Numbered from the stretch's first letter, positions 47,823 to 58,615 are shown. The stretch: 64,000 bases of DNA from an uncultured Latescibacterota bacterium (GCA_958295785.1 OY282377.1:2880385-2944384); one strand, 5' to 3'. The notes: a model not told the origin generated them from the letters alone. Made by a program: numbers and translations.

Positions 47823-48356
47823 TTACAACCATTTCAAAATAGCCAAGGCCAACCCCAAAATAGCGAGCATTATCCTGAAACGCCATTTGGCGTCGGCGTC
47901 GATTTTATCAAACCGCGCGTTCATTTCTGCTCTGAAGTCCGCAAACTGCTTGTCAACTTTGTCAAACTGCTTGTCAACTTTATCAAATTGCTTGTCAACT
48001 TTGTCAAATTGCTTGTCAACTTTGTCAAACCGTGCGTTCACTTCTGCTTTGAAGTCTGCAAACTGCTTATCAACTTTATCAAATTGCTTGTCAACTTTAT
48101 CAAATTGCTTGTCAACTTGATTAAATCGCGTATTCACTTCTGTTTTGAAGTCCACAAACCGCGCGTTCACTTCTGTTTTGAAATCGGAAAATCGCGTGTT
48201 CATTTCTGCTCTGAAGTCCGCAAACCGCGTGTTCATTTCTGCTCTGAAGTCAGAAAATCGCTTGTCGATTTGATCGAGAATACCCGCGAAATAGCTTTGC
48301 GATCTCTCGTTTTCGCCCTGATTCTCTTTTGTGTCGTGCATTCCTAAAAATTCCAT
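47823..48356 (-). CDS. Coiled-coil protein built from 7- and 11-aa repeats with a C-terminal TM helix (Bdr-like)
   Basis: DKVDKQF and DFRAEMNTRFA repeats; tail IMLAILGLALAILKWL. Confidence 0.8.
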   Translation of the reverse strand: MEFLGMHDTKENQGENERSQSYFAGILDQIDKRFSDFRAEMNTRFADFRAEMNTRFSDFKTEVNARFVDFKTEVNTRFNQVDKQFDKVDKQFDKVDKQFADFKAEVNARFDKVDKQFDKVDKQFDKVDKQFDKVDKQFADFRAEMNARFDKIDADAKWRFRIMLAILGLALAILKWL

Positions 48357-48384
48357 TTTTCTTTTTCTTTTTCTTTTTCTTTTT
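48357..48384 (-). repeat. (AAAAAG)4 simple-sequence repeat abutting the start codon
   Basis: CTTTTT x4 on the + strand, immediately upstream of ATG 48356. Confidence 0.9.
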
Positions 48385-48815
48385 GTTTTGACGGAAAAAA
48401 CGCTGTCTAACGTCCGCTATCGCAACAATAGTCGAATATACACGATGAGCCGACCATCTCGCAAACCCACAATGTGGCACTGGTGCCCATCGAATCGGTC
48501 AGGTGAATGGGGCGTTCAGGTTGAAGTGTACCGGTTGCTGGCGCCCATCGTTGATCGTCACATTATCGGCGTAGAGGTAGGTTCGATCTAGGGTATCGGG
48601 TATTGGATTCAAGCGCCCCTGAATGCCCGGCAAATGTCCCGTGCGATTGGCGATAATCAGCGCGCCTCCGCCTGATACGGGTTGCATGCAAAGCTCGAGG
48701 GGTTGGTCGGACACATATCGGTGGCCGCGGCCAAGCGGATCTGTTTCCATAGATGTGGCGTATCAATAGGCATGGTATCTACCTATTGCGTGCCGGGTCA
48801 GGTCAACGGTCATCC

Positions 48816-49601
48816 TCAGCTACCAAACGCATTTGCAAATGCGATAAAGTCATTAAAATCAATGGCTCCGCCGCTCGAATCGAGATCCATGCGGGCATCA
48901 TAACCGTCCTGCCCTGGTGCTTTGCCAAACGCATTTGCAAATGCGAGAAAGTCTTGAAAACCAACTTTTCCATCCCCAGTAAAATCAGCAGACGGAGTTG
49001 TTTTCGCAAAACTGATCACGATTCTAATTGGATCATCTTTGGGAACGTGCTGTTCAAGTGCGCCCCTTGCCAATCCCCTCACAGCCGGGCTCAATGACGA
49101 TAATAATTCATCTAAAAGAAGGGGGCGCATAATAAACAAGGAATCCGCTGTCGCCGTGTACGTGTAGCGAAGCGCATCTTCATTTTCGCGCGTGATGACA
49201 AGTTGGTTATCGGCTTCCAAAGTGTAATTCCCCGAGTATTGGCTCGTATCGGGCACAGAGACCGAAATGGAGATCAATAATACCGCACTGATATCAGAGA
49301 GTGTCGTATAATCGGCTTGAACAGTGCCATTAGAATCAAAAGTTATTGTGCCATTGGTCTCGCCTTCAAATGTAAGCGGAGCGACAGCTTTCACGAGCGC
49401 GGCCGGGGCATAAGCGCTAAGCGAGGTCATCTCGGCTTTCCACGACCCGACGATAGCACCGCCCTGAGGCTGTGGACGCATGGTCAGCAATTCCGCGTCT
49501 GCCGGTCCAAACGCGATGCCGACCATCAGCGCGAGAGCGAGCAAATTTCTCACCGTGTTATTCCATCCATGAACCGCAATGCTAAAAATTGAACCGCACA
49601 T
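48816..49601 (-). CDS. Exported protein with C-terminal dockerin/EF-hand-like duplicated Ca-binding motifs
   Basis: ADFTGDGKVGFQDFLAFANAFG...MDLDSSGGAIDFNDFIAFANAFG. The start is probably the GTG at 49553, before the signal peptide. Confidence 0.8.
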   Translation of the reverse strand: MCGSIFSIAVHGWNNTVRNLLALALMVGIAFGPADAELLTMRPQPQGGAIVGSWKAEMTSLSAYAPAALVKAVAPLTFEGETNGTITFDSNGTVQADYTTLSDISAVLLISISVSVPDTSQYSGNYTLEADNQLVITRENEDALRYTYTATADSLFIMRPLLLDELLSSLSPAVRGLARGALEQHVPKDDPIRIVISFAKTTPSADFTGDGKVGFQDFLAFANAFGKAPGQDGYDARMDLDSSGGAIDFNDFIAFANAFGS

Positions 49602-49959
49602 ACCATTTCCCTCCTGTGTGAGTTTTGATTCGCTTTCCCATTCCTCTATCCCAACCCTCTATCAATTTCCAATTTACGCAATTCGCGTGCCTTCAGCAAC
49701 CCTTTTAACTCGCGATTCAGATTCGTAGATTTGCTGACTCGGACAGGCACGGAGGCCTGCCCCTAGGATTTTCATGCGTATTCACCGACCCCGTTCCGTT
49801 GATTTGCCCGTTGTAGGCCGTATCTGTCCGTTTTGTCATACACTGTGCTCGCGATTGTAACATGAGGGATAATCTCTTGTCGCGTTTTGCCTTGTGTGTT
49901 ATAGTGTAAAATGTTGCAATTCAGAGCAAGTTTGTACTGTTTCGCCAAAAGGAGCACGT

Positions 49960-50904
49960 ATGTTGCATTGGGTTCTCGCAGATGTCGATCTGCCAGATGA
50001 AATTTTAGAAATGTTGAACAATCGCTGTGAACTCCACATCTTGGCGCGTGGCGGTGTTTCAGACGAAAAATTCGCACGCGCACAAGGGCTACTCACGTAT
50101 GGGCATCCGATTATCACTGGCGCGTTTATGGATCGCATGCCCAATTTGAAAGTCATCAGCAATTTTGGCGTTGGCGTGGATCACATTGACCTGCCAGCGG
50201 CCAAACAACGCGGCATTCCCGTGGGCAATACGCCCAATATGCTCGACGGCGCAACCGCCGATATGACCTTTGCCATGCTCATGGTCGCCGCACGCAATAT
50301 CGTTATTGGCGACCGCTTTGCCCGCAGCGCGGCATTTACCCACTACGACCCGCGCATTCTGATCGGCTACGAAGTCCACGGCACGACGCTGGGGATTATT
50401 GGCATGGGCAATATCGGGCGGCAGGTCGCGCGCCGGGCATCGGGATTTGACATGAACATCCTCTACCACAACCGCAAGCCCGATCCCAAAGCCGAGGCCG
50501 AATTGGGCGCGACTTACGCTTCGCGCAATGACCTGCTCGCGCAATCGGACTTTGTGACCCTGAACGTGCCCCTGACGGATGAAACGCGCAATATGATCGG
50601 CAGGGATCAACTCAAGCGCATGAAGAAAACCGCCATCTTGGTCAATCTGGCACGCGGCGGCGTTGTGGATCACGACGCACTCGCGGAAGCCCTCGAAAAC
50701 AAGTGGATCGCGGCAGCCGCGCTCGATGTGACCGAACCAGAGCCTTTGCCGCGCGACCATCCCCTTTTGGCCATGGACAATGCGATCATCGCGCCCCACT
50801 TGGGCAGCGCCACGCGCCAAACGCGCCTCGCTATGGGGCAGCGCACCGTTGATAACCTCCTCGCGGGACTCTCGGGAAAGCCGTTGATCACTGCGGTGGT
50901 GTGA
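49960..50904 (+). CDS. D-glycerate dehydrogenase / glyoxylate reductase family
   Basis: Motifs GVGVDHID, GMGNIG, NLARG, LDVTEPEP and PHLGSAT. Confidence 0.93.
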   Translation: MLHWVLADVDLPDEILEMLNNRCELHILARGGVSDEKFARAQGLLTYGHPIITGAFMDRMPNLKVISNFGVGVDHIDLPAAKQRGIPVGNTPNMLDGATADMTFAMLMVAARNIVIGDRFARSAAFTHYDPRILIGYEVHGTTLGIIGMGNIGRQVARRASGFDMNILYHNRKPDPKAEAELGATYASRNDLLAQSDFVTLNVPLTDETRNMIGRDQLKRMKKTAILVNLARGGVVDHDALAEALENKWIAAAALDVTEPEPLPRDHPLLAMDNAIIAPHLGSATRQTRLAMGQRTVDNLLAGLSGKPLITAVV

Positions 50905-50935
50905 AAAGGAACTACGGGCATGTCCCGGCATGGTG

Positions 50936-51404
50936 TAATACCAATTTGATTTTAAGTTGTCCGTATCTTGCCTCCCTTCAGGGAGGAATGAGGAACAGGC
51001 GTTCCGCAGAGATCATGTGTTGCTCGTCTCAAGCGTTTGGCCCTACAGCATCGTTTGTTGCCTGTGATGCGTTGGCTACGCCTGTGCCTACGGCGTGCGG
51101 CGACCTACTTTTTTTCAACAGCAAAAAAAAGTAGGCAAAAAATGCCGCTCTCATGCGCCGAGAGGCTTGCACAGCGCAAATCGCTTTTGTAATAGGACGA
51201 CATGTGCTGGCCTGCGAAGGAAGTTGCAAGAGGGAGGTTGGTTGCGAGACGGCCTTGCGCGCTGTGCGCGATGGCTTTATCGGAGGGTCTTTGGGGATGG
51301 CCTGGTTGCAATGGCTTCTTTGAATGGTTGCGTAAGGGCAAGGGGATCATTTGTGGGTAGCATATCGCATCACATTAGGACAACAGAAATTCAATTTGGT
51401 GTAA
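50936..51404. mobile_element. MITE-like element (~470 bp)
   Basis: Imperfect TIR TAATACCAATTTGATTTTAAGTTGTCC / GGACAACAGAAATTCAATTTGGTGTAA; a second copy lies at 45413-45787. Confidence 0.8.
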
Positions 51405-51655
51405 GTTGGGATGAACGCAGATGAAAGGCACGAAAACCACTTGCCGTCATTCCGGCGCACGCGCAAGCACAGGCGTAGCCAACGCCGGAATCCAGTGACT
51501 TTTTGTTTTTTTGATCGCCCGAAAAGGCGAAAATAATCATGCGCGGTATTTGAAACGAAAAATGAAAAGACGTGTATATTAGGGCAAAGACATGTATATT
51601 ACACGCATAAAGAACGACCCAACTGCGAATCCTCAAATCTCGAAAATCCCGATCT

Positions 51656-52027
51656 GTGACCAATATACTCTTCATTGCCAGCGGTGGTGCTCTAGGGGCT
51701 GTTTTGCGCTATGGAATGTCCATGGGCATCCACAGCTTGTTTGGACGTGGGTTTCCTTATGGCACGCTCGTGGTGAACATCATCGGATCGATTCTTATGG
51801 GACTGCTTTATACGATCCTGTTTGGTCGTCTGGATGGCGATGTGTGGCGCGCTGGCTTGATGATCGGCCTGCTGGGCGCGTTTACGACTTTTTCGACTTT
51901 TTCTATTGAAACCCTGAACTTGCTGGAATCGGGCGACCATGTTCTGGTCGCTGTGAATGTCATTTTAAGCGTCACCCTCTGCATTGCAGGATGCTGGATA
52001 GGCATGGTGCTCGGAAGGGCGATGTGA
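51656..52027 (+). CDS. crcB: Fluoride efflux channel CrcB/FluC
   Basis: Motifs GGALGAVLRY, FPYGTLVVN and GLLGAFTTFSTF. Confidence 0.96.
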   Translation: MTNILFIASGGALGAVLRYGMSMGIHSLFGRGFPYGTLVVNIIGSILMGLLYTILFGRLDGDVWRAGLMIGLLGAFTTFSTFSIETLNLLESGDHVLVAVNVILSVTLCIAGCWIGMVLGRAM

Positions 52028-52129
52028 GTCATGCCAATTACCTGAACGGGTTCTGCTACGGATAGAGAACGCCGGCTCATGTCCGTTTCTTCTGCGATCA
52101 AAATTTTTCTTAACCATAGGAGGAATCCC

Positions 52130-53383
52130 ATGATCCAACGCATTGTCGCCATCGGCATCATTTACCTCGGCATCACGGTCGCTTGGCTCATTTTGGGCGC
52201 GGCTGTTCAATTTCGCACGGAGACGCAAGACGACAAGCTCAAAAGTGCTGTGAGTCAACTTTGGGGTGTGCCGCAGACGCAGCAGGCGCCGCAAATCTAT
52301 TGGCTGGAGCGCGTGCCCCATACCGAGACCAGTGCCATGGGTGTCGAGACCAGCGCCATGGGCAAATCCGCCTCGCGCATGGTGGAGGAAAGACGCTACC
52401 TGCACCTGAGGGCCAGCCGCATTGAAGTCGATTTGTCTATGGAGCATCGGCGCAAGGGCTTGCTGTGGTACGCGGTCTATCAAGTCGAGTTCGATGCCGC
52501 GTACACCGTCGCCAACACCACGGACCAAAGCCGGACCGTGTACTTCGATTTGGAACTGCCCGCGCCTCGCGCCGTGTACGACGCTTTCACCTTGAGCGTT
52601 GGCGGTGAGGCCATCGCCGATTTGCCGATCCGCAATGGCCGTCTCGTCCAGGCCATCCCTTTGGAGCCAGGGGAAGAATGCCCGGTGACCGTGTCCTATC
52701 GCTCGCAGGGTATGGATCAGTGGCGGTACAGTTTTGGTCATCACGTCAACCAAGTGTCGGATTTCGAGTTGGTCATGCACGCGGGCTTTGCGGCTATCGA
52801 CTTTCCGCAAGAGAGCATGTCTCCCACCACCAAGACGCAAAACGGGGATGCGTGGACCCTGACGTGGCGGTACGACCATCTCCTCACGGGCGTGGATTTG
52901 GGGATGATCATGCCGACGCGTCTCAATCCCGGACCCTGGGTCAGCCAAGTCGTTTTCGCCGCGCCCATCTCCCTTTTCCTATTCTTCTTTTTGCTGTTCA
53001 TCTTTGGCACGGTGCGCGGCCTCAACCTGCACCCAATGCACTATTTCTTTCTCGCCGCCGCCTTCTTCAGTTTTCACCTGTTGCTGGCCTATCTGGTCGA
53101 TCATCTGCTCATCCACTACGCTTTTGTTCTGGCGTCGGCAGTCTCGATTTTCCTCGTCATCTCGTACATGCGGCTTATTTTGGGCACGCGCTTGGCCTTT
53201 GTCGAAATTGGCTTGGGGCAGTTCATTTACCTCGTGCTGTTTTCCTACACCTTTTTCTTTGAAGGCTATACCGGCCTGACCATCACCTTGCTGGGCATCG
53301 CCACCCTGTTCGCCGCCATGCAATTCACCGCCCGCGTGGATTGGAATGCGGTGTTTGAAAAGAAAGTGGTCAATGGTCAATAG
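52130..53383 (+). CDS. Inner membrane CreD-like protein
   Basis: N-terminal TM, periplasmic domain, LHPMHY and a C-terminal TM bundle; RBS AGGAGG; 21-bp duplication ETSAMGV at ~52325-52363. Confidence 0.75.
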   Translation: MIQRIVAIGIIYLGITVAWLILGAAVQFRTETQDDKLKSAVSQLWGVPQTQQAPQIYWLERVPHTETSAMGVETSAMGKSASRMVEERRYLHLRASRIEVDLSMEHRRKGLLWYAVYQVEFDAAYTVANTTDQSRTVYFDLELPAPRAVYDAFTLSVGGEAIADLPIRNGRLVQAIPLEPGEECPVTVSYRSQGMDQWRYSFGHHVNQVSDFELVMHAGFAAIDFPQESMSPTTKTQNGDAWTLTWRYDHLLTGVDLGMIMPTRLNPGPWVSQVVFAAPISLFLFFFLLFIFGTVRGLNLHPMHYFFLAAAFFSFHLLLAYLVDHLLIHYAFVLASAVSIFLVISYMRLILGTRLAFVEIGLGQFIYLVLFSYTFFFEGYTGLTITLLGIATLFAAMQFTARVDWNAVFEKKVVNGQ

Positions 53384-53468
53384 TTAGCTTTCAGCCTCCG
53401 CTATGCCCCATTTGCGGCTTGGGACGCACAACGCACTTTCGCGCCACTTAAAAAAAGGAATCACTGTA

Positions 53469-54905
53469 ATGGGTATTTCAGTGGAAAAAATTGACCTCAA
53501 TATTTTGAACATGCACACGCGGTTTCCGTTCAAGTACGGGATCGCATCGCTGGTGGCATTGCCCCATTTGTTTGTGCGGGCACAGGTCAATGTCGATGGC
53601 GCGAGGGAAATTGGATTGGCCGCAGATGGCTTGCCGCCCAAGTGGTTCACGAAAAATCCAGACGCGCCATTTTCGGACGATCTGGACGAAATGCTGACCG
53701 TGATTCAAAGGGCGTGCGATTTTGCATTGCAAACCGAAGTCGGGGATTCGGTGTTTGATTTTTGGCAAAAGGTCTATGCCAAACAGCGTGCGTGGGCAAA
53801 TACGATGGCCTATCCCCCGTTGCTGTGGGCGTTTGGGGTCAGCATGGTCGAGCGGGCCGTGATCGATGCTTTTTGCCGGGCGAAAGGGATGACATTTGCA
53901 CAGGCTGTGCGGGAAAACGCGCTTGGGACGCGCTTGGGCGATATGCACGCCGAGTTGGAGGGATACGCGCCGGGGGATCTTCTGAGGCCATCGGCGCGGG
54001 GATCGATCACCGTGCGACACACCGTGGGCTTGGCCGATCCCTTAACCGATGAAGATATCGCAGACGAAGACCGCGTGGATGATGGCTTGCCCCACTCGCT
54101 GGCCGCGAATATTGAGGCGTATCAGTTGACGCATTTGAAAATCAAGTTGTGCGGCGATGCAGAACAAGATCTGGATCGGCTTCGGCAGATCGCGGGGCTG
54201 ATGGGCGATCAATGCGCGTTTACGCTGGATGGCAACGAGCAATACGCCGAGGTCGAACCGTTTAGAAAATTGTGGGAAGCCATCCGAGGCGACGCGAGGC
54301 TCTCGCGCTTTCTCAACGGCTTGCTTTTTGTGGAGCAACCGCTGCACCGCGACAGGGCGCTGAGTTCAAAGATCAAAGCCGCGTTGATGGATTGGACAGA
54401 TCGCCCGCCGATGATTATCGACGAGTCGGATGGCGCGCTCGACAGCGCGACGCGGGCATTGGCGTGCGGCTATGTGGGCACGAGTCACAAAAATTGTAAG
54501 GGCGTTTTTAAGGGGGTTGCCAATGCGTGCCTGATGGCGCACCGCCGCCGCCGCGATCCGTCGGGAACGTATGTTTTGAGCAGCGAGGACCTCGCCAATG
54601 TGGGGCCGGTCGCGCTGTTGCAAGACCTCGCCGCGCTGGCCGTTCTCGGCGTGGATCATTCCGAGCGCAATGGGCATCACTATTTTGCGGGCTTGGGGAT
54701 GTATCCCGAAGCGGTTCAAAGCCAAGTGCTGGCGCGTCACGGCTCTTTGTACCGCCAACACGCGCGGGGGGTTCCGGTTTTGGATGTCCGCAATGGCGCG
54801 CTGAATTTAGACAGCGTGGTCAACGCGCCGTTTGGATATGGCTTTGAATTGGATACGCTTCAATTTACACCCCTCGCGGATTGGACGGTGGATTCACTGG
54901 GGTAG
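53469..54905 (+). CDS. Enolase-superfamily (mandelate racemase/MLE-like) protein
   Basis: KIK motif and metal ligands in LDGNEQY, VEQP and IIDESD. Confidence 0.75.
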   Translation: MGISVEKIDLNILNMHTRFPFKYGIASLVALPHLFVRAQVNVDGAREIGLAADGLPPKWFTKNPDAPFSDDLDEMLTVIQRACDFALQTEVGDSVFDFWQKVYAKQRAWANTMAYPPLLWAFGVSMVERAVIDAFCRAKGMTFAQAVRENALGTRLGDMHAELEGYAPGDLLRPSARGSITVRHTVGLADPLTDEDIADEDRVDDGLPHSLAANIEAYQLTHLKIKLCGDAEQDLDRLRQIAGLMGDQCAFTLDGNEQYAEVEPFRKLWEAIRGDARLSRFLNGLLFVEQPLHRDRALSSKIKAALMDWTDRPPMIIDESDGALDSATRALACGYVGTSHKNCKGVFKGVANACLMAHRRRRDPSGTYVLSSEDLANVGPVALLQDLAALAVLGVDHSERNGHHYFAGLGMYPEAVQSQVLARHGSLYRQHARGVPVLDVRNGALNLDSVVNAPFGYGFELDTLQFTPLADWTVDSLG

Positions 54906-55084
54906 AGGCGAGATGCGAGGATAGAAACGTAGGGGCGATGCCTCCGTGCTCGCCCAAAGATACAAGAGGCATCCACAGATGGAAGGCGGTAAAGACTGAC
55001 CCCGTTATTCGCTCCGCTCGTTATAGGCTAACGCCTGTGCAGATGGGGAAGGGGTCATATTTCGTTTTAAGACTGCTTCTTAGA

Positions 55085-56134
55085 TCATACAATTTCCAAC
55101 ATGCGTTCTACGGCTTTTAAGGCGCGTATGCGGATGGCTTCGGGCACTTCGATGATTTGCTCGTTGTTTAGCAGGGCATTGCGCGTGTCTTCCAGTGTGA
55201 TTTCGTTCATGTGCGGGCAACGGATGCTACACAGGCCCACCATTTCTTTCTCTGGATTTTCCGCGGCGATGTTGTCGCCCATGCTGCATTCTGTCAACAG
55301 CAAGTACCGCTCCGCATCCATTTCGCGCACGTAATCGACCATGCGGGATGTGCTGCCCGAAAAATCGGACGCAGCGACCACTTGCGGGCTGCATTCCGGG
55401 TGGGCGAGTACGACGACATTTGGAAATTGTGCGCGCACGTTTTCAATGTCTTGCACGGTAAATTGCTCGTGGACTTCGCACCGCCCGTGCCAGCCGATCA
55501 TTTCGTATTCGAGACCGGGTTTGGGATCGGAAAACCCCGTTGTCGTGGGAAAGATGATGCGTTTATTGGTTTCTCGTGCGACATTGGCGGCCAAGTATTC
55601 GTCGGGCAAAAAGATGATGGTGTCCGAGTCGAGCGATTCGACGACTTTGTGGGCATTGCCCGACGTGCAGCAAATATCGCATTCGGCTTTGACATCGGCA
55701 TAGGTGTTGATATACGTGACAATGGGAACGCCCGGATATTGTTCGCGCAGGTTGCGAACATCTCGCGCCGTAATGCTCGCGGCCAGCGAACAGCCGGCAA
55801 TGCGCGCGGGCAAGAGCACGGTTTTGTCCGGGTTGAGAATTTTTGCGGTTTCGGCCATAAAGCGCACGCCGCAAAAAACAATGGGATCCGCGTCTGTCTC
55901 TGCGGCTTTGCGCGACAATTCAAGCGAATCGCCCACGACATCGGGCACAGAGTGATAAAGCGCGGGTTCCATGTAGTTGTGGCCGAGGATGATCGCCCCT
56001 CGTTCTTTTTTCAGGGTGTTGATTTCAAAGGCCAGTTCGGCTTTGTAGCGCAATTCGATATCCGGCACAATGCCGTCTAATCGCTCGGCCATCTGTCGAT
56101 AGGTCTCTTCCAAGGTGGTGGCGGTCAGTGCCAT
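55085..56134 (-). CDS. nadA: Quinolinate synthase
   Basis: Motifs ILGHNY, GDSLELS, FCGVRFMAETAKILNP, AHPEC and CPHM. Confidence 0.97.
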   Translation of the reverse strand: MALTATTLEETYRQMAERLDGIVPDIELRYKAELAFEINTLKKERGAIILGHNYMEPALYHSVPDVVGDSLELSRKAAETDADPIVFCGVRFMAETAKILNPDKTVLLPARIAGCSLAASITARDVRNLREQYPGVPIVTYINTYADVKAECDICCTSGNAHKVVESLDSDTIIFLPDEYLAANVARETNKRIIFPTTTGFSDPKPGLEYEMIGWHGRCEVHEQFTVQDIENVRAQFPNVVVLAHPECSPQVVAASDFSGSTSRMVDYVREMDAERYLLLTECSMGDNIAAENPEKEMVGLCSIRCPHMNEITLEDTRNALLNNEQIIEVPEAIRIRALKAVERMLEIV

Positions 56135-56281
56135 AACAGTCAGCTCCTGTTGTCGGGGTCACATCGCCCCGGGGGATATGTGCGTGAATTTGGTTAAAGA
56201 TATAAAAAGATGGCCTTTGTTGCAAGGTTTCGGTTATCACCGCTGGCGAGCGGCATGGCGTTTGGGCCGCGGGAGTGGGGT

Positions 56282-57346
56282 ATGAAATTTGTGATTCGCG
56301 CAGGCGGCATTGGCACGCGGCTGTGGCCCTTGAGCCGCAAAAACAATCCCAAGCAATTTCACGCCTTGACGGGTGAACGCACGATGTTGCAAGACGCGGT
56401 TCACCGCCTCCAATCGCTGGCCGCAATGGACGATCTGTACATTTCCACGAGCGCGGCGTTGGTGCATCGCGTGCGCGAACAAGTGCCCGAGTTGCCCGTT
56501 GAGAATATCATTGTCGAACCGGCGCAGCGCAATACCGGGCCCGCGGTGGGGTTGGAGTGCGCTTTGTTGGAAGCCCGGTTTCCCGGATGCGCGATAGCGA
56601 GTTTGGGATCGGATCACCATATCGGCGCGCCAGAAGAATTTTGTCGGTTGCTCAAAGTGGCAGAAGACGCGCTTTCAGACCGCGCCGAGACCCTGTTCAC
56701 GCTCGGCGTCAAACCGACGCGGGCAGATACGGGTTTTGGCTATATTCAAAAGGGCGATGTGATTGCCACGGTGAACGGCGAGCCGATATACGCGGTGGCG
56801 GCATTTGAGGAAAAGCCCGATGCAGAGACCGCAAAGACCTATTTGGCGAGCGGTCACTATTTGTGGAACAGCAATATGTTTGTGTGGAAAGCCAGTACCG
56901 TGTTGCATCTTTTTGCCGAGTTTGAACCCGAGATGTACGCCCTGCTCGAACAAATTGCCGCCGCTGCCAAAGCCGGACGCGAAGCCGAGGTCATTGCCCG
57001 GGGGTATCCGCAGATGAAAAACACGGCTATCGATCACGCGATTCTCGAACGCGCGTCTTGTATTGCGACCTTAGAAGCCGATATCGGTTGGTGCGATCTG
57101 GGCGCGTGGGATGCGTTGAAAGAGGTGTTGCCCGCAGATGCGAATGGCAATATATTGCGCGGCAATGTGCTGTCGCTCAATGCCGAGAACGCGACGGTCT
57201 ATGGCGGCAAAGACAAGGTGATCGCGCTGGTTGATGTCGAGAATTTAATTGTGGTTGACGCAGGCGATGCCCTGCTTATTTTGCCCCGCGATAGTGCTCA
57301 GCGCGTGAAGGATGTGGTTGCAGTTTTGGACGAGCAGTATCTGTGA
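56282..57346 (+). CDS. manC: Mannose-1-phosphate guanylyltransferase
   Basis: Motifs AGGIGTRLWPLSR, PKQF, EPAQRNT, FEEKP and WCDLG. Confidence 0.9.
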   Translation: MKFVIRAGGIGTRLWPLSRKNNPKQFHALTGERTMLQDAVHRLQSLAAMDDLYISTSAALVHRVREQVPELPVENIIVEPAQRNTGPAVGLECALLEARFPGCAIASLGSDHHIGAPEEFCRLLKVAEDALSDRAETLFTLGVKPTRADTGFGYIQKGDVIATVNGEPIYAVAAFEEKPDAETAKTYLASGHYLWNSNMFVWKASTVLHLFAEFEPEMYALLEQIAAAAKAGREAEVIARGYPQMKNTAIDHAILERASCIATLEADIGWCDLGAWDALKEVLPADANGNILRGNVLSLNAENATVYGGKDKVIALVDVENLIVVDAGDALLILPRDSAQRVKDVVAVLDEQYL

Positions 57347-57361
57347 CGGAAGGAGATTTCT

Positions 57362-57856
57362 GTGAAAATTTTAAGGCATTTTTGTTTGATGCTCGTGTTG
57401 TCCGCAAGTGTGGGGACTGCCAACGCGGCGTTTATCGACAGTGTGAATCTCGGCGGTGGCTTCATGTGGAATGACAGCATTCGCCCGAAGTTTGAATCCG
57501 CAGGCGGCCTGACCCTGCACGCCTCTGTGCATCTCAAACCGCCGGGGCCGTTCATAATAACGCCGTTTTACGATGTGAGTTTTGCCAGTCCCGCGATGCA
57601 TGTCTTGGGCGCGGGTCTCAATTATACGGTTGGCATGCGCGATTTTGAAGCCCACAAGCTGTTTTTTGGACCCACTATCGGGATGGTGATGTCCGCAGGC
57701 GAATCTCAGCGCGTTATCGGCGGGGAATTGGGATACAAATTTCCCATCGGCGAAAAACTCGGCCTGTTTGCCAGAGTCAAATACCTCGAAGGTCAAAATA
57801 ATGTGGTCAGTGGATTTTCCGGGCACCTCGGCGTGACATTCAAACTTTTTTTGTAA
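57362..57856 (+). CDS. Outer-membrane beta-barrel-like exported protein
   Basis: Signal peptide, amphipathic strands and a terminal LGVTFKLF. Confidence 0.65.
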   Translation: MKILRHFCLMLVLSASVGTANAAFIDSVNLGGGFMWNDSIRPKFESAGGLTLHASVHLKPPGPFIITPFYDVSFASPAMHVLGAGLNYTVGMRDFEAHKLFFGPTIGMVMSAGESQRVIGGELGYKFPIGEKLGLFARVKYLEGQNNVVSGFSGHLGVTFKLFL

Positions 57857-57874
57857 ACCGGTTGAGGAGCAAAT

Positions 57875-58615
57875 ATGAAACGCTATGTGATCGCAATGCT
57901 GATCCTGACAGGTCCTGTCAGCGCGGAAAACGCGGACAAGATGTCGACGGGAGATGGGAAGACCGACGCGATTATGGTCGAGATTCAAAAGCAGGTCAGA
58001 GAAATTGACCGCTGTGCGGGGATGCAAACGACCGTTATTCGCATTATGGATCGGGAATTGACGCTTCGGGCCAACGCGGCATTTCAGCGCCCCAACCTGA
58101 TGCGCCTCGACACGGTGCAAGATCGAGAACTCGTTTCCCAACGCCTGTCTGATGGCGGCCTGATGTGGACGTATGACCGGGCCGAGAAAATCGCCTCCAA
58201 AGTGAACCTGGGGCGCGTCTATCGCATGACCAATCTCGAAGCCGATGCGGACCAAGCCGATCCCCTGCGCCCGTTTCGCGGCTTGGAATGGACGACCATT
58301 CGCTACGTGGGGGACGAGATATTCGACGAACGACCCCACCGCGTCTTTGAGGCCAAACCCAAAGTCAATCTTTTGCACGCGCAATTGAACATCCCGCTCG
58401 TCAAAGCACAACTGACCATCGACGCCGAAAATGGCCTGTTGCGCCGAACCCGGCTTTTTGATGCGTCAGACAACGAGATCATCGCGCAGACGTTTCACAA
58501 CCTGACCGTCAATCCCGACCTGAAAGACGCAAAGTTTGAATTTATCGTGCCTTCGGGCGCGCATATTATCGACGCCACCGACGAGGCGATAAAAGCCCTC
58601 AAAGGGGTTGAGTAG
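57875..58615 (+). CDS. LolA-like lipoprotein carrier / sorting fold protein
   Basis: FQRPNLMR, SDGGLMWTY and NPDL..AKFEF..PSGA. Confidence 0.75.
   Translation: MKRYVIAMLILTGPVSAENADKMSTGDGKTDAIMVEIQKQVREIDRCAGMQTTVIRIMDRELTLRANAAFQRPNLMRLDTVQDRELVSQRLSDGGLMWTYDRAEKIASKVNLGRVYRMTNLEADADQADPLRPFRGLEWTTIRYVGDEIFDERPHRVFEAKPKVNLLHAQLNIPLVKAQLTIDAENGLLRRTRLFDASDNEIIAQTFHNLTVNPDLKDAKFEFIVPSGAHIIDATDEAIKALKGVE

Noticed and set aside
48400..48790. Short minus-strand ORFs here and at 47495-47758
   Set aside because: They may be a decayed gene, but there is no recognisable motif and the frames are fragmented.
51540..52060. Fluoride riboswitch near crcB
   Set aside because: No GGCGATGG..TTCGCC-type aptamer is visible upstream; the loosely similar GGCGATGTGAGTCATGCC lies at the gene's 3' end.
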